From assembly GCA_938091745.1 (NCBI GenBank), contig CALLJK010000014.1:16331-80330 (forward strand): DNA of 64,000 bases, read 5' to 3'. Shown here one piece after another: positions 28,620 through 38,706 of the stretch (its first letter is position 1; each line of letters opens with the position of its first letter). This DNA is from Candidatus Bipolaricaulota bacterium (GTDB lineage: Bacteria > Bipolaricaulota > Bipolaricaulia > RBG-16-55-9 > DRXL01). Both the position numbers and the translations under genes were made by a program. The notes beneath the pieces are model-generated. The model saw nothing but the letters and a program-made list of their open reading frames with translations. It did no database searches and was not told the DNA's origin.

Positions 28620-30611
28620 ATGGAAGTCCGGACTGTTTGTTTTGTGGGGCATGCGAGCTCGGGCAAGACCGCACTGGCTGAAGCGCTCTTGAAGAAGGGC
28701 GGCCACGAAGCGAAATTCGATTTCACGCCTGAGGCCAAAAGCCGTGGGCACTCCGTCGATCTTGGGGTGGGCAGTTTCGTTCAAGGGGAGAAGCTGCTTC
28801 AGATTCTCGATACCCCTGGCTTCAGCGAATTTGTCGAGGAAGTCTATAAAGCCTTGTGGGCCTCGGAAGCCGCTGTCTTGGTGGTCAATGCTGAAAAAGG
28901 GGTTGAGGTCCACACGGAGAAGGCCTGGGAGCTCATTCGCAAGTTCAAGAAGCCTGCTCTGGTAGTGATCAACAAGCTCGATTTGCCTAATGCAGATTTT
29001 TCCAAGGCCGTCGAGTCGGTGCGAGCCATGCTGCCAGGGCGATTTGCGTCTTTGCAGCTCCCTATCTATGAAGGGGGAAATTTCGTCGGCTATGTCGATC
29101 TCGTCGAGAACAAAGCTATCTATGCTGACAAGCGCAAGGGCGAGATCCCCCAGAATCTCAAAGAGGCTGTTGCTGCTGAGCGCGAGAAGCTCTTAGAAAT
29201 CCTTGCTGAAGCCAATGACGAGCTGATGGTGCGCTTCCTTGAGAGCCAAGAGATCTCTCCTGACGAGATGCGACGTGCGTTGCGGGAGGCTCTGCGTCAG
29301 CGCCTCTTCAGCCCCATTCTGTGCATGTCAGTCGCGACAGGCTTAGGCCTCGATGCTCTCTTGGAGTTACTTCAGAGCGCAACCCCAACGTTCACGAATA
29401 CCCAGGGTGAGAAGTTTGTCGCTCAGGCGTTCAATCTCTTTTCAGATCAGTATTTGGGGAGACTCGCATTCTTAAAGATCTTAGGGGGCAAGCTCTCCGA
29501 AGGAGAGACTATTGTCAATATTAACACTGGGGCGCAGGAGCGCGTCAAAGAGATTTTGCGCTTCCATGGGGATAAGACTGAGAAGATCCCTGAAGCTCAC
29601 GCTGGGGAGATCATCGCGTTAGCCAAGCTGAGCGATTGTAAACTAGGGGAGACTTTTGCTGCTGATACTGCGGCGCAGCCCTTACCATGGATGGAGTTTC
29701 CTAAGCCGGTCTTCGCTCGAGCGGTCACCCCGGAAACCCAAGCCGACGACGAGAAGATGAGTAGCGCTCTGAAAGAGATCGCCAGCTTGAAAGCTACTCT
29801 CGAGTTCTATCGAGATAGCGTAACTCATGAGGCTATTCTCGCGGGATTGGGCGACACGCATCTGAACGTGTTCGTCGAGCGCTTGAAGAATCGCTATGGG
29901 GTCTCCGTGAAGATGCATCGTCCTCATGTCCCGTATAAAGAGACGATTCTCAAAGTTGCCCAAGGGCAGTATAAGCATAAGAAGCAGAGCGGTGGGCGCG
30001 GCCAATACGGGGAGGCCCACTTGCGCCTCGAGCCCATCCCAGGCAAGACCTATGAATTTGTCGATGAAGTCAAGGGTGGCGTCATCCCCAGGGAGTTCAT
30101 TCCCGCTGTAGAGAAGGGCGTTCTCGAAGCAATGCAACAGGGGATCTTAGCGGGGTATCCCATGACTGATATCCGAGTCGCCGTGTACTATGGGAGCTAT
30201 CACGAGGTCGACTCGAACGAAATATCTTTCAAGATTGCTGGGGCTCATGCGTTTCGTCTGGCGGCCCAAGCGGCCCAGCCGGCCCTGCTCGAGCCCATCT
30301 ATAAAGTGACTATCTGGACGCCCTCGGACTTCACGGGAGATATTATCAGCAACCTCAACGGGAAGCGCGGCCGGATCTTGGGCATGGGCATGGATGAAGA
30401 GTCTACTGATGGGCACGTGAAGATCGACAAGATCGAGGCTGAAGTCCCCCTGGCAGAGATGCTCGACTACGCTCTGGAACTCAAATCGATCACGCAGGGG
30501 CGGGCGACGTTCCAGATGGAGTTCGTGCGCTATCAAGTCGTGACAAGCGAAAAGCTCGCTGAAGAATTGCTCAAGCGCGAAGGCAAGACTCTCGGGAAGC
30601 CGGTGGCGTAA
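28620..30611 (+). CDS. Elongation factor G-like translational GTPase paralog
   Basis: 663 aa with EF-G domain order. The G1 box is VGHASSGKT, a variant of the usual GHVDHGKT. G3 DTPG and G4 NKLD are present. Confidence 0.7.
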   Translation: MEVRTVCFVGHASSGKTALAEALLKKGGHEAKFDFTPEAKSRGHSVDLGVGSFVQGEKLLQILDTPGFSEFVEEVYKALWASEAAVLVVNAEKGVEVHTEKAWELIRKFKKPALVVINKLDLPNADFSKAVESVRAMLPGRFASLQLPIYEGGNFVGYVDLVENKAIYADKRKGEIPQNLKEAVAAEREKLLEILAEANDELMVRFLESQEISPDEMRRALREALRQRLFSPILCMSVATGLGLDALLELLQSATPTFTNTQGEKFVAQAFNLFSDQYLGRLAFLKILGGKLSEGETIVNINTGAQERVKEILRFHGDKTEKIPEAHAGEIIALAKLSDCKLGETFAADTAAQPLPWMEFPKPVFARAVTPETQADDEKMSSALKEIASLKATLEFYRDSVTHEAILAGLGDTHLNVFVERLKNRYGVSVKMHRPHVPYKETILKVAQGQYKHKKQSGGRGQYGEAHLRLEPIPGKTYEFVDEVKGGVIPREFIPAVEKGVLEAMQQGILAGYPMTDIRVAVYYGSYHEVDSNEISFKIAGAHAFRLAAQAAQPALLEPIYKVTIWTPSDFTGDIISNLNGKRGRILGMGMDEESTDGHVKIDKIEAEVPLAEMLDYALELKSITQGRATFQMEFVRYQVVTSEKLAEELLKREGKTLGKPVA

Positions 30612-30622
30612 TAAGCTCAGAG

Positions 30623-31018
30623 ATGGCGCTGAAGCGACTGTCGATTAAGACGCAAGCCAAGCAAGAGCTGATCGATATTACTGAGCGAGTTCAGCGCGCC
30701 GTGCGCGAGCTTGGAGTAAGTGCAGGTGCCTGTGTGATCTTCGTGCCGCACACGACGGCCGCGATCACGATCAACGAGCACGCTGACCCTTCTGTTAAGG
30801 AAGACATTCTCATGATGTTGGATAAGCTTGTTCCTGCTGGGCTGCGCTATCAACACGCGGAGGGGAACGCCCATGCGCATATTCGTGCAAGCTTACTCGG
30901 GCACTCGGTCACGGTGCCTATCGAGGACGGAAAGCTCGCTCTAGGCACATGGCAGGGGATCTTCTTCTGTGAGTGTGACGGTCCGCGCCAGCGCGAGGTC
31001 TGGATCACCTTGATTTGA
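30623..31018 (+). CDS. yjbQ: YjbQ/UPF0047 family secondary thiamine-phosphate synthase-like protein
   Basis: 131 aa. Conserved CVIFVPHTTAAITINE...GHSVTVPIEDGKLALGTWQGIFFCE is characteristic of the YjbQ family. Confidence 0.7.
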   Translation: MALKRLSIKTQAKQELIDITERVQRAVRELGVSAGACVIFVPHTTAAITINEHADPSVKEDILMMLDKLVPAGLRYQHAEGNAHAHIRASLLGHSVTVPIEDGKLALGTWQGIFFCECDGPRQREVWITLI

Positions 31019-32308
31019 CTATAGTTCTGTAGGTATCGTAGCTGAATGCTGGGCTTGCAAGACTGCCTCGCGAAAGGCTTGCCCACGCTCTTCATAGCTC
31101 CGAAATTGATCGAAGCTGGCGCATGCTGGGGAGAGCAGACACGTGGCGCCAGGATAGCGCAACGCTCGAGCGACTGCTTCCGAAAAATCCCTCACGACTG
31201 AGAACTGTGAGATCTGAGCGGCTTCGAGAAACTGGGCGATCTGCGGAGCAGCCTCGCCTATGAGTAGAATCTCACAAATGGGCTTTGAGCGTAGGGCTTG
31301 CGCCAAGGGCGTAAAGTCTAAGTTCTTGTTGCGCCCGCCTAAAATTACAACTAACGGCCCTGCAAAAGCGTTGAGTGCTGCTAATGTTGCGTGAACGGTC
31401 GTCGCTTTGGAGTCGTTGTAGAATCTCACCCCATCGATCTCGGCAATGAACTCTTGGCGGTGGGGCAGTTGGGCTTTGCGCACGAGCTCTTCGCTGGGCG
31501 GAGGCATCTTTGGCATGAAGACGCGGCAAGCCGTCAGAGCCGCCGCAGCATCTTCTTTGAGATGCTTGGGCACTCTGAGAGAACTCAGCTCTGGGAGGAG
31601 ATCGTCATAGTAGAGCAGTTGTGATCGAGGGTGCTTGGGCAGGGTGATATCTTTAGGAAGCACCAGGACGTCGTGCTCAGTTTGGTTCTCGAAGATGCGA
31701 CACTTAGCAAAAAGATACTCTGTAAAGCTCTTATGACGATCGAGATGGTTCGGCGCAATATTTAAGAGTACGGCGACTTTGGGGCGAAAGCTCTCGATAG
31801 ACTCTAACTGAAAGCTGCTCACCTCTAAGACGACGATAGTGTCGGGAGTGATCTCGTTCAGTCGGGCGACAAGTGGTGTCCCGATGTTGCCCGCGCTGAT
31901 GGCTCTCGCACCGTTTTGGTTGAGCAGCTCTTCTATCAATTTCGTGGTGGTGCTCTTTCCGTTGGTGCCGGTCACAGCAATGATTTTCTTGCTGGGACAA
32001 AGACGATACGCAAGCTCTAACTCGCCCCAGATGGGAATATTCAGTTCCTGAGCGCGTCGCACGATGGGCGCTGTGATGGGGACTCCCGGGGAGAGTATGA
32101 CAAGCTGCGCCTGGGAGATGGCGCGCTCGGTGTGCCCGTTCTCTTCAAAAGAGATACCAAGCTGCGTGAGCTCTGTCCGCGCTTGGGATGAGAGAATCGC
32201 TTGCTCACTGACGAAGACTTCTGCTCCTAACGAGTGTAAGACGCGAGCAGCGGCGAGGCCGCTCCTCCCTGCTCCAATGACCGTGACGCGCTTTCTCAAG
32301 AGAGTCAC
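31019..32308 (-). CDS. murD: UDP-N-acetylmuramoylalanine--D-glutamate ligase
   Basis: Rossmann VTVIGAGRSGLAAARVL and the Mur ligase P-loop IIAVTGTNGKSTTTKLI. Size 429 aa. Confidence 0.85.
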   Translation of the reverse strand: MTLLRKRVTVIGAGRSGLAAARVLHSLGAEVFVSEQAILSSQARTELTQLGISFEENGHTERAISQAQLVILSPGVPITAPIVRRAQELNIPIWGELELAYRLCPSKKIIAVTGTNGKSTTTKLIEELLNQNGARAISAGNIGTPLVARLNEITPDTIVVLEVSSFQLESIESFRPKVAVLLNIAPNHLDRHKSFTEYLFAKCRIFENQTEHDVLVLPKDITLPKHPRSQLLYYDDLLPELSSLRVPKHLKEDAAAALTACRVFMPKMPPPSEELVRKAQLPHRQEFIAEIDGVRFYNDSKATTVHATLAALNAFAGPLVVILGGRNKNLDFTPLAQALRSKPICEILLIGEAAPQIAQFLEAAQISQFSVVRDFSEAVARALRYPGATCLLSPACASFDQFRSYEERGQAFREAVLQAQHSATIPTEL

Positions 32309-32352
32309 GGCTTGATAGTATCAGTGCTTGGTCCGGCAAGAAAGGAAGAAGT

Positions 32353-33264
32353 TCAAGATTCTTCGAGACACTGGGCAAGGCGGTTCTCTAACACTTGGTC
32401 ATAATGGAAGTTTTCTAATCTGAGGAAGTGCTCAGCGACTTGGAGCAAAGCTGCTTGGGGGACAAGCCCGACGATCTCGCTCCCGACGATGGACACGCCC
32501 CAGCGCTCGGCCTCGCATCTAATGAGCTCAAAGACTTGGTAGATCGGGGTCTTCTCGAAGTTCGTCAAGTTCATAGAGACTTGGACGATGCCCCGCCCTT
32601 CAAGAGCAAATCCGAGTGCTTTGACGTAGCGCAAGCCGCCGTCAGAGCCGCGCACGGCCTTAGCGATCTGCTTGGCTATATCTAAGTTATTTGTGCCGAG
32701 ATTGACATTGAATGCGATCAAAGGGGGGCGAACGCCGACAGCACTGACACCCGCCGTCGGATGCACGACGCGCTCGCCAAAATCCGGAGCCCACTCAGGC
32801 TCTTGAATCTTCTTGGGGAAGTTCTCGAATTCCCCTTTGCGAATGTTTGCCAAATCGCGGCGCTCCGGGCGGGTCGCGGCTTCTTCGTAGAGATAGACTG
32901 GGACTTTGAAGCGATCCCAAATAGCTTGGCCAACGCGCCGCGCCAGCTCGATGCACTCCTTCTTCGTTACCCCTCGCAACGGCACAAACGGGATGACGTC
33001 GACCGCGCCCATGCGCGGATGCTCCCCTTTGTGTTTCGTGAGATCTATCAGCTCGACGGCTTTCGCGACTAAGTTTAAGACAGCTTGCTCGACGCTCACA
33101 GGCTCGCCCACGAACGTAATAACCGTGCGATTATGATCAGCGTCGGGGTCGACGTCGAGCACGATGGCCCCAGGGGTCTCTCTGACGGCTGAGACGATCG
33201 CTTCGATCTTTGTGTGATCGCGCCCTTCACTGATATTCGGCACAGACTCGATCAAGTGTTTCAT
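32353..33264 (-). CDS. ftcD: Glutamate formimidoyltransferase (FTCD N-terminal domain homolog)
   Basis: MKHLIESVPNISEGRD...VITFVGEP...HPRMGAVDVIPFVPL matches the formiminotransferase family. Confidence 0.75.
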   Translation of the reverse strand: MKHLIESVPNISEGRDHTKIEAIVSAVRETPGAIVLDVDPDADHNRTVITFVGEPVSVEQAVLNLVAKAVELIDLTKHKGEHPRMGAVDVIPFVPLRGVTKKECIELARRVGQAIWDRFKVPVYLYEEAATRPERRDLANIRKGEFENFPKKIQEPEWAPDFGERVVHPTAGVSAVGVRPPLIAFNVNLGTNNLDIAKQIAKAVRGSDGGLRYVKALGFALEGRGIVQVSMNLTNFEKTPIYQVFELIRCEAERWGVSIVGSEIVGLVPQAALLQVAEHFLRLENFHYDQVLENRLAQCLEES

Positions 33265-33267
33265 AGT

Positions 33268-33693
33268 CTACTCCGGGATCTCTTGCGCGATAGCTACGGA
33301 CAAGAGCGCCTCCGCGACCACCGCGCCCTCGACGGTGGCACAAGCCCACGCACGATAGAACCCTTCGCGACGACGCCTGAGTTCGGCTTCGTAGATGAGC
33401 TGATCTCCGGGATGGACGGGGCGACGGAAGCGCGCTCGGTCCACGCCGACTAAGTACCCGTAGCGTCCCTGTTGCTCTCGACTCACCAAGAGCCCCACGG
33501 TTTGGGCCATGCCCTCTAAGATCAGAATCCCGGGCATAATGGGCCGCTCCGGAAAGTGCCCCGCAAAGAACAGCTCGTTCCGCGTGACGTTCTTGAGCGT
33601 GCGCACGCGCCGCTCACCCCATTCCAACACTCGATCTACAAATAAGAACGGGTAACGGTGCGGCAGGATGCGCTGGATCTCATCCTCGCCCAT
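33268..33693 (-). CDS. fabZ: 3-hydroxyacyl-ACP dehydratase
   Basis: ILPHRYPFLFVDRVLEW...FFAGHFPERPIMPGILILEGMAQ is the FabZ hotdog-fold signature with catalytic His. Confidence 0.85.
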   Translation of the reverse strand: MGEDEIQRILPHRYPFLFVDRVLEWGERRVRTLKNVTRNELFFAGHFPERPIMPGILILEGMAQTVGLLVSREQQGRYGYLVGVDRARFRRPVHPGDQLIYEAELRRRREGFYRAWACATVEGAVVAEALLSVAIAQEIPE

Positions 33694-33700
33694 GAGTCGC

Positions 33701-34246
33701 TTACTGTCCCTGATTGAGAATCTTCAGCACGTCGTAGGTGATATCTTCGATCTTATTGGGATTGGCGTACAGGACGACGTCCTTGAGCTGAGTGACCCAG
33801 TCGTAGCCGCGCTCCTTGGCGATCTGCTCGACCACTTTGATCATCTCGGTTTGGATCTCCGCAGTCAGCTGGAGATCGAGTTGTTGGAGCTCCTGCTGGA
33901 GTCTTGCGGCCTCGCGCTGGAACTCGTCCTCACTCATCAGCCCTTTCTTAAATTTCTCTTGGAGGGCCTTGAGGTCGTTCTGCTTTTTCTCAGCTTCTTT
34001 GCGGAATTTCTCTACGGCCTCCCCGGTCTTCTTGTAGTCTTGGAAGACCTTCTCTGCTTTAATATACGCGATGCGCAAGCCCGCTCCGCTCTGACTGAGC
34101 TGAGCTTTGAGGTCTTGGACCTCCTTCTCGAGTTGAGCAACCTTGGCGCGCAGATCGTCAATGTTCTGTGCCCCGCCTTGCGATTGACAGCTCACGATGA
34201 GAAAGATCGCGGCCAACAGCCCCAGTCCCATCAGTAGGTGTTTCAT
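33701..34246 (-). CDS. skp: OmpH/Skp-family periplasmic chaperone (lipobox-containing)
   Basis: Signal peptide with LIVSC lipobox, then a long coiled-coil K/E/Q-rich body. Located between bamA and fabZ as in canonical bamA-skp-(lpxD)-fabZ loci. Confidence 0.6.
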   Translation of the reverse strand: MKHLLMGLGLLAAIFLIVSCQSQGGAQNIDDLRAKVAQLEKEVQDLKAQLSQSGAGLRIAYIKAEKVFQDYKKTGEAVEKFRKEAEKKQNDLKALQEKFKKGLMSEDEFQREAARLQQELQQLDLQLTAEIQTEMIKVVEQIAKERGYDWVTQLKDVVLYANPNKIEDITYDVLKILNQGQ

Positions 34247-34273
34247 ACGAGTGTTCCTCCTTTGCGAGAGAAT

Positions 34274-36532
34274 TTAGAACATTGTGCCGAAGCCAAACTG
34301 GAAGACCGGTGCGATCTGGAGCCCGGTCTCGTAGAACGGCCAAGCTATGACCAAGCGCACGTTCCCGACAAAGCCTGTCACGAGGCGCATCTCAAAGCCG
34401 AGAGACTGTTTCCATCCCACCTCCTTCGCCCAGCCGGTATCGTAGTACAAGACGCCCCAGATGTTCTCGGCAAGCTCCATGCGATATTCGAGATTCATCA
34501 GGGCAAACTGATCGGTGGATCGCATCTCCCAGCCACGTACTGTCATAACCCCGCCAAAACCAAAGCGCTCCTGGGAGGGCAATGTCAGCCCTATAGCCCC
34601 GTAGAGACGTGCTGAGATCGTCTGGCGTTCCAGGGTCAACCAGTGATGCGTCCAGATTCCCTGCAGTTTAGAGAACTCTGTGTCTGTTGAGGCGAACTTG
34701 CCCGCTTGCTCCCCCATGAGGATGATCTCGCCGCCTGAGGTGGGGAAGGTCGGATTATTTCTCGTATCGTATACGACGTCCATCCCCACAGAAGCGATAA
34801 GGCTCTTCTTGTCGATAGGGGCAGCCTTCCAGACGTTCTCATAGCGCAGGCGCAGCGTCAGCGTCAGATCTGATCTCACGGGGTAGCTCAGAGCTACAGT
34901 CACGCCCGATTTCGTCATCTCATGGGGTTGGGGCTCGGTCTGTTGTTGCGTGTTATTGAAGAGCGAGACTTCTACGGAGTTATACTCTTTGAAGTACGCC
35001 GTCGTCTTGTAATTCAACGAGTAATTGAGCACATCTTTGCTCACGATCAGGCCGCGATCAAGGGAGAGATCGATATCCTGAGCTGTGCCCAAGATATTCT
35101 TCCAGCCCAAGCTGAGCTGGCCCACCAACCCTACTTGGGGATTATAGCTGAGGCCGCCCTTGAGATTGCCCAGTCGATCTTCTTCGACGACACTGACGAG
35201 CAGCTCGACTTCGCCAGTAGACGCGTCCAACACTTTGGGGTGGATGTTCACGCCGTCTTGTTTGAAGTAGCCCAACTGCAAGAGATTCCTGAAGCTATCG
35301 CGCAAGGGATTCTCGTTGACCAAATCCCCTTCTTTGAGGCGGAGCGCCTTACGGATAACAAGCTCTGATGTGCATTGTCTTGGAAATTCTATCAGATTGG
35401 GGATGATCACGGACTTGGCGCCCGGCTTACATGAGTTGGTGATCGTGACTTTAGTGATCTTCCCCTCAGTGATGCGCACGGTGAGCACGCCGTCGGCCAG
35501 CGACTCCTTCTGGAAGTTCACCAGCATATACCCCTCAAGGCGATAGAGATCGTAGACGCGCTTGAGTGCCTTCAACAGCTCGAAATTATTGATGGGCCCT
35601 TGGGGGAGCTTGCCGATGAGCGCGTGCAATCGGTTCAGAGGGTAGACAGTCGCTCCGGTGAGCCTGATCAGGCGGATCTCTGTGGGCTCATCTAAGAGAC
35701 GACGTTCTTTGAGATTCCAAATGAGCTTGACGGAATTGGGTTTACTCCCCGGTTCGACTCCGATAGTGCTTTCGTCTGCTTGCTGGAAGTAGACCGAGCG
35801 ATTGAGCACTCTAATCCCTTCTTGGATAGGAGCGATCTTGACGGGCTCCCCTACGGGAAGCTGCAACAATTGTTTGATTTCAGACTCCGGGACTTCTTGG
35901 AGTCCGCGAATCTCAACAGCATCGAGCTTGCCCTCGACGATCTGGATTGTCAGGATCTGTTTCTCGCGGTTGAAGGCTGGATCAACCCCGATGAACGTGT
36001 ACCCCTTCTTGAGATAGAACTGGGTAATCGTATTCTCGATGATCTTGTCATCGAACCATTTCATATTGAGGGGCTTATTCTCTTCGACCTTGGCGTCACG
36101 CAGGGCATCGATCAGCTCATCGCGCCGCGCGAGCTTCATCTTATACGGGAGGAGCTTGATCCCCCAGATGTCAATGAGATAGAACTGATAGCTCTCGTTC
36201 CCCGTGAACTCGATCTTCTTGACGATGGGGTTCTCTACGACGCGATAGATCACGCGAATGCCGTTCTTCAAAATTCTATAATCGGGCTCGACTCTTTCCA
36301 ACGTCCCGAGAGCCCGCAGGGCTTGAGCACCCTTCTCTATGTCCTCGAGGGTGATCCGCGAGCCGATGTTAAACGGCAGCGCGTCGTAGATCTCGCGCTT
36401 GGTCAGAGCTTTGTTGCCCATGATCACGACCTCACGCACGGTGTAGCTCGTCTCTTGGGCCATCCCAAGAGCAACCCCGAGCATAACCAACCCTACCCAG
36501 ACGCCGACGAAGACTGTAATTTTGCGCAGCAC
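34274..36532 (-). CDS. bamA: Outer membrane protein assembly factor BamA
   Basis: 752 aa. Signal peptide, repeated POTRA-like modules, and a C-terminal beta-barrel ending in aromatic ...FGFGTMF. Confidence 0.8.
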   Translation of the reverse strand: MLRKITVFVGVWVGLVMLGVALGMAQETSYTVREVVIMGNKALTKREIYDALPFNIGSRITLEDIEKGAQALRALGTLERVEPDYRILKNGIRVIYRVVENPIVKKIEFTGNESYQFYLIDIWGIKLLPYKMKLARRDELIDALRDAKVEENKPLNMKWFDDKIIENTITQFYLKKGYTFIGVDPAFNREKQILTIQIVEGKLDAVEIRGLQEVPESEIKQLLQLPVGEPVKIAPIQEGIRVLNRSVYFQQADESTIGVEPGSKPNSVKLIWNLKERRLLDEPTEIRLIRLTGATVYPLNRLHALIGKLPQGPINNFELLKALKRVYDLYRLEGYMLVNFQKESLADGVLTVRITEGKITKVTITNSCKPGAKSVIIPNLIEFPRQCTSELVIRKALRLKEGDLVNENPLRDSFRNLLQLGYFKQDGVNIHPKVLDASTGEVELLVSVVEEDRLGNLKGGLSYNPQVGLVGQLSLGWKNILGTAQDIDLSLDRGLIVSKDVLNYSLNYKTTAYFKEYNSVEVSLFNNTQQQTEPQPHEMTKSGVTVALSYPVRSDLTLTLRLRYENVWKAAPIDKKSLIASVGMDVVYDTRNNPTFPTSGGEIILMGEQAGKFASTDTEFSKLQGIWTHHWLTLERQTISARLYGAIGLTLPSQERFGFGGVMTVRGWEMRSTDQFALMNLEYRMELAENIWGVLYYDTGWAKEVGWKQSLGFEMRLVTGFVGNVRLVIAWPFYETGLQIAPVFQFGFGTMF

Positions 36533-38077
36533 TTACATACCTCCTTCGAGTACGCTCTCTTCCGAGCTGCGATACTGGATCGCTTCGGCTATGTGAGCAG
36601 CCTTGATAGTCTCGGACTGCTCCAAGTCCGCGATGGTGCGTGCGACCTTCAGCACACGATGGTACCCTCGCGCGCTGAGATTGAGATGGTCTATCGCTTG
36701 CTCCAGTAATCTCTGGGCGTTCTGTTCTAACGGACAATAGAGGCGCACCTCACGCACCCCCATCTGCGCGTTGGCGAAGATCTTCTGTCCCTGGAAGCGC
36801 TCGCGCTGAATCCGGCGAGCTTGCTCCACTCGTGCTCGTACAGCAGCTGAGCTTTCCCCTACGGGCTTCCCCATGAGTTCCTCTTTTGTTAGTCGTGGTA
36901 CCTCCACGAATATATCTATTCTATCAAGAAACGGACCGGAAATCCGCCGGCGATAGCGCTTGACGTCGAGAGGGCTGCAGCGGCAGGGCTTTTTCGCATC
37001 TCCCCGGTGCCCACACGGACAAGGGTTCATCGCCGCGACGAGCATAAAATTCGCGGGAAAGGTCAGAGCTGCAGCAGCCCGCGAGAGCGTGATTTGACGC
37101 TCTTCAAGGGGCTGACGCAATGTCTCTAAGACATCGCGCTCGAATTCGGGCAATTCGTCTAAGAACAAGACGCCGTGATGAGCCAGGGAGATCTCGCCGG
37201 GGCGTGGCTGGCCGTGCCCCCCTCCGACCATGCCCGCGTAGGAGACCGTATGATGGGGTGCCCGAAAGGGCCGCGCCAGCACCAACGGACGATCTGCGGG
37301 CAACAGCCCCAAAATACTGTAAATCTTTGTCACTTCCAAAGCTTCTTCAAACGAGAGCGGGGGCAAGATCGTGGGCAGGCGCTTGGCGAGCATACTCTTG
37401 CCTGAGCCTGGCGGGCCAATTAAGAGAATATTGTGCCCGCCGGCAGCAGCGACTTCGAGCGCGCGTTTGGCTTGTTCTTGGCCTTTGATCTCGCTCAAGT
37501 CGCAGTCGTAGAGCGGGCCGTCGCCTGTCAGTACCGTTGGCTCGACGGTCGTCGGTTGTATCTGAAGCTCGCCGTTGAGAAATGCAATCGCTTGTTGAAG
37601 ATTTTCTACAGCGTAGACTTCCACAGATGAGACGATCGCGGCTTCTTTCGCATTGCCTGCGGGGACGATGACGCCCTTGAGATTATTCTTTCGTGCGGCA
37701 AGCACGATGGGCAGGACGCCCTTGACCGGGCGCACCTCCCCGTCGAGCGAAAGCTCTCCCAATGCTAAGAACTCTGTGAGGCGTTCGCCGGAGATCTGCC
37801 CCGTGGCGACTAAAATTGCTAACGCTAACGGGAGATCAAGCCCGACTCCTTCTTTGGGGAGATCCGCAGGCGCTAGATTGACTGTGATTCTTTTGGCGGG
37901 GAAGTCAAAGCCCGCGTTTTTGAGGGCGCTGCGGATGCGCTCGCGGCTCTCTTGGACTTCTTTTTGGGGCAGCCCAACGATAGTAAACGTTGGCAGCCCT
38001 AGCGCGATGTCGCACTGAACTTCGATGAGCTCGGCATCAATGCCGACGACCGCCCCACTGATAGCCTTGGCGAACAT
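36533..38077 (-). CDS. comM: YifB/ComM family Mg-chelatase-like AAA+ ATPase
   Basis: N-terminal Lon-like domain (MFAKAISGAVVGIDAELIEVQ), Walker A GPPGSGKS, MCM-like arginine finger region, and C-terminal ChlI-like domain. Confidence 0.85.
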   Translation of the reverse strand: MFAKAISGAVVGIDAELIEVQCDIALGLPTFTIVGLPQKEVQESRERIRSALKNAGFDFPAKRITVNLAPADLPKEGVGLDLPLALAILVATGQISGERLTEFLALGELSLDGEVRPVKGVLPIVLAARKNNLKGVIVPAGNAKEAAIVSSVEVYAVENLQQAIAFLNGELQIQPTTVEPTVLTGDGPLYDCDLSEIKGQEQAKRALEVAAAGGHNILLIGPPGSGKSMLAKRLPTILPPLSFEEALEVTKIYSILGLLPADRPLVLARPFRAPHHTVSYAGMVGGGHGQPRPGEISLAHHGVLFLDELPEFERDVLETLRQPLEERQITLSRAAAALTFPANFMLVAAMNPCPCGHRGDAKKPCRCSPLDVKRYRRRISGPFLDRIDIFVEVPRLTKEELMGKPVGESSAAVRARVEQARRIQRERFQGQKIFANAQMGVREVRLYCPLEQNAQRLLEQAIDHLNLSARGYHRVLKVARTIADLEQSETIKAAHIAEAIQYRSSEESVLEGGM

Positions 38078-38113
38078 AATCGTTTCGCTATGTATAGCAC
38101 AAACTCACCGACT

Positions 38114-38488
38114 TTACAAACGGGTGAGGACAAAGCCGAGCACATCGAAGGGCGTGCGCCCCGTATAGTGAGGAGCAGTTTTATTCGAATAGTACAAGCT
38201 CATGACGAGTCCTTTCAGCCCCAGCTCGATCATGCGCAGTGTTGGGGTCCAGCGCGTCTGACAGAGGCGTAAAAACCCACGCAGCAGTGGGCTGGGCAGG
38301 AACGAGAGTGCTTTCAGCAAAATCTTGACGTCGTGGCGATCTTTTGGGTCCATAGAGCGCAAGAGATCGTCTACGAACGCGATGCAGCCTGTTTGAGAGA
38401 ATGACGGAAAATCTAAATCTCCGGGGAGCATCAGATCGCCGATGCGCTCGAGAGCTGAAAGCTCTCTTGGTCCAAAAAACTGAGACAT
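38114..38488 (-). CDS. Hypothetical protein
   Basis: 124-aa ORF ending 36 nt upstream of comM. No recognisable motifs; coding status is uncertain. Confidence 0.3.
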   Translation of the reverse strand: MSQFFGPRELSALERIGDLMLPGDLDFPSFSQTGCIAFVDDLLRSMDPKDRHDVKILLKALSFLPSPLLRGFLRLCQTRWTPTLRMIELGLKGLVMSLYYSNKTAPHYTGRTPFDVLGFVLTRL

Positions 38489-38589
38489 GCTCTAGCATTA
38501 TATGCCCCAAGAGGGGAGCAGGTCAAGCTTGGGTACAGCTGGGTGGAGGAACCCAAGTGCCGATTTATACGCGATTTTCGTCTTGTCCT

Positions 38590-38625
38590 CTTGACTTTTC
38601 TCCCCGTTGGTGCTGTGTAAAAGGT
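38590..38625 (+). promoter_or_regulatory. Candidate sigma70-like promoter (TTGACT - 17 nt - TGTGTAAAA) upstream of the 38707 gene
   Basis: TTGACT at 38590-38595. An extended -10-like TGTGTAAAAG lies 17 nt downstream. Confidence 0.3.
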
Positions 38626-38706
38626 GATACGATACAAAGCTGCTCACTCCCACGTCCCCCCCGCTACCAACAAGCTCTAGCAGATTCAAAGGGCCAGACA
38701 TCAGCC

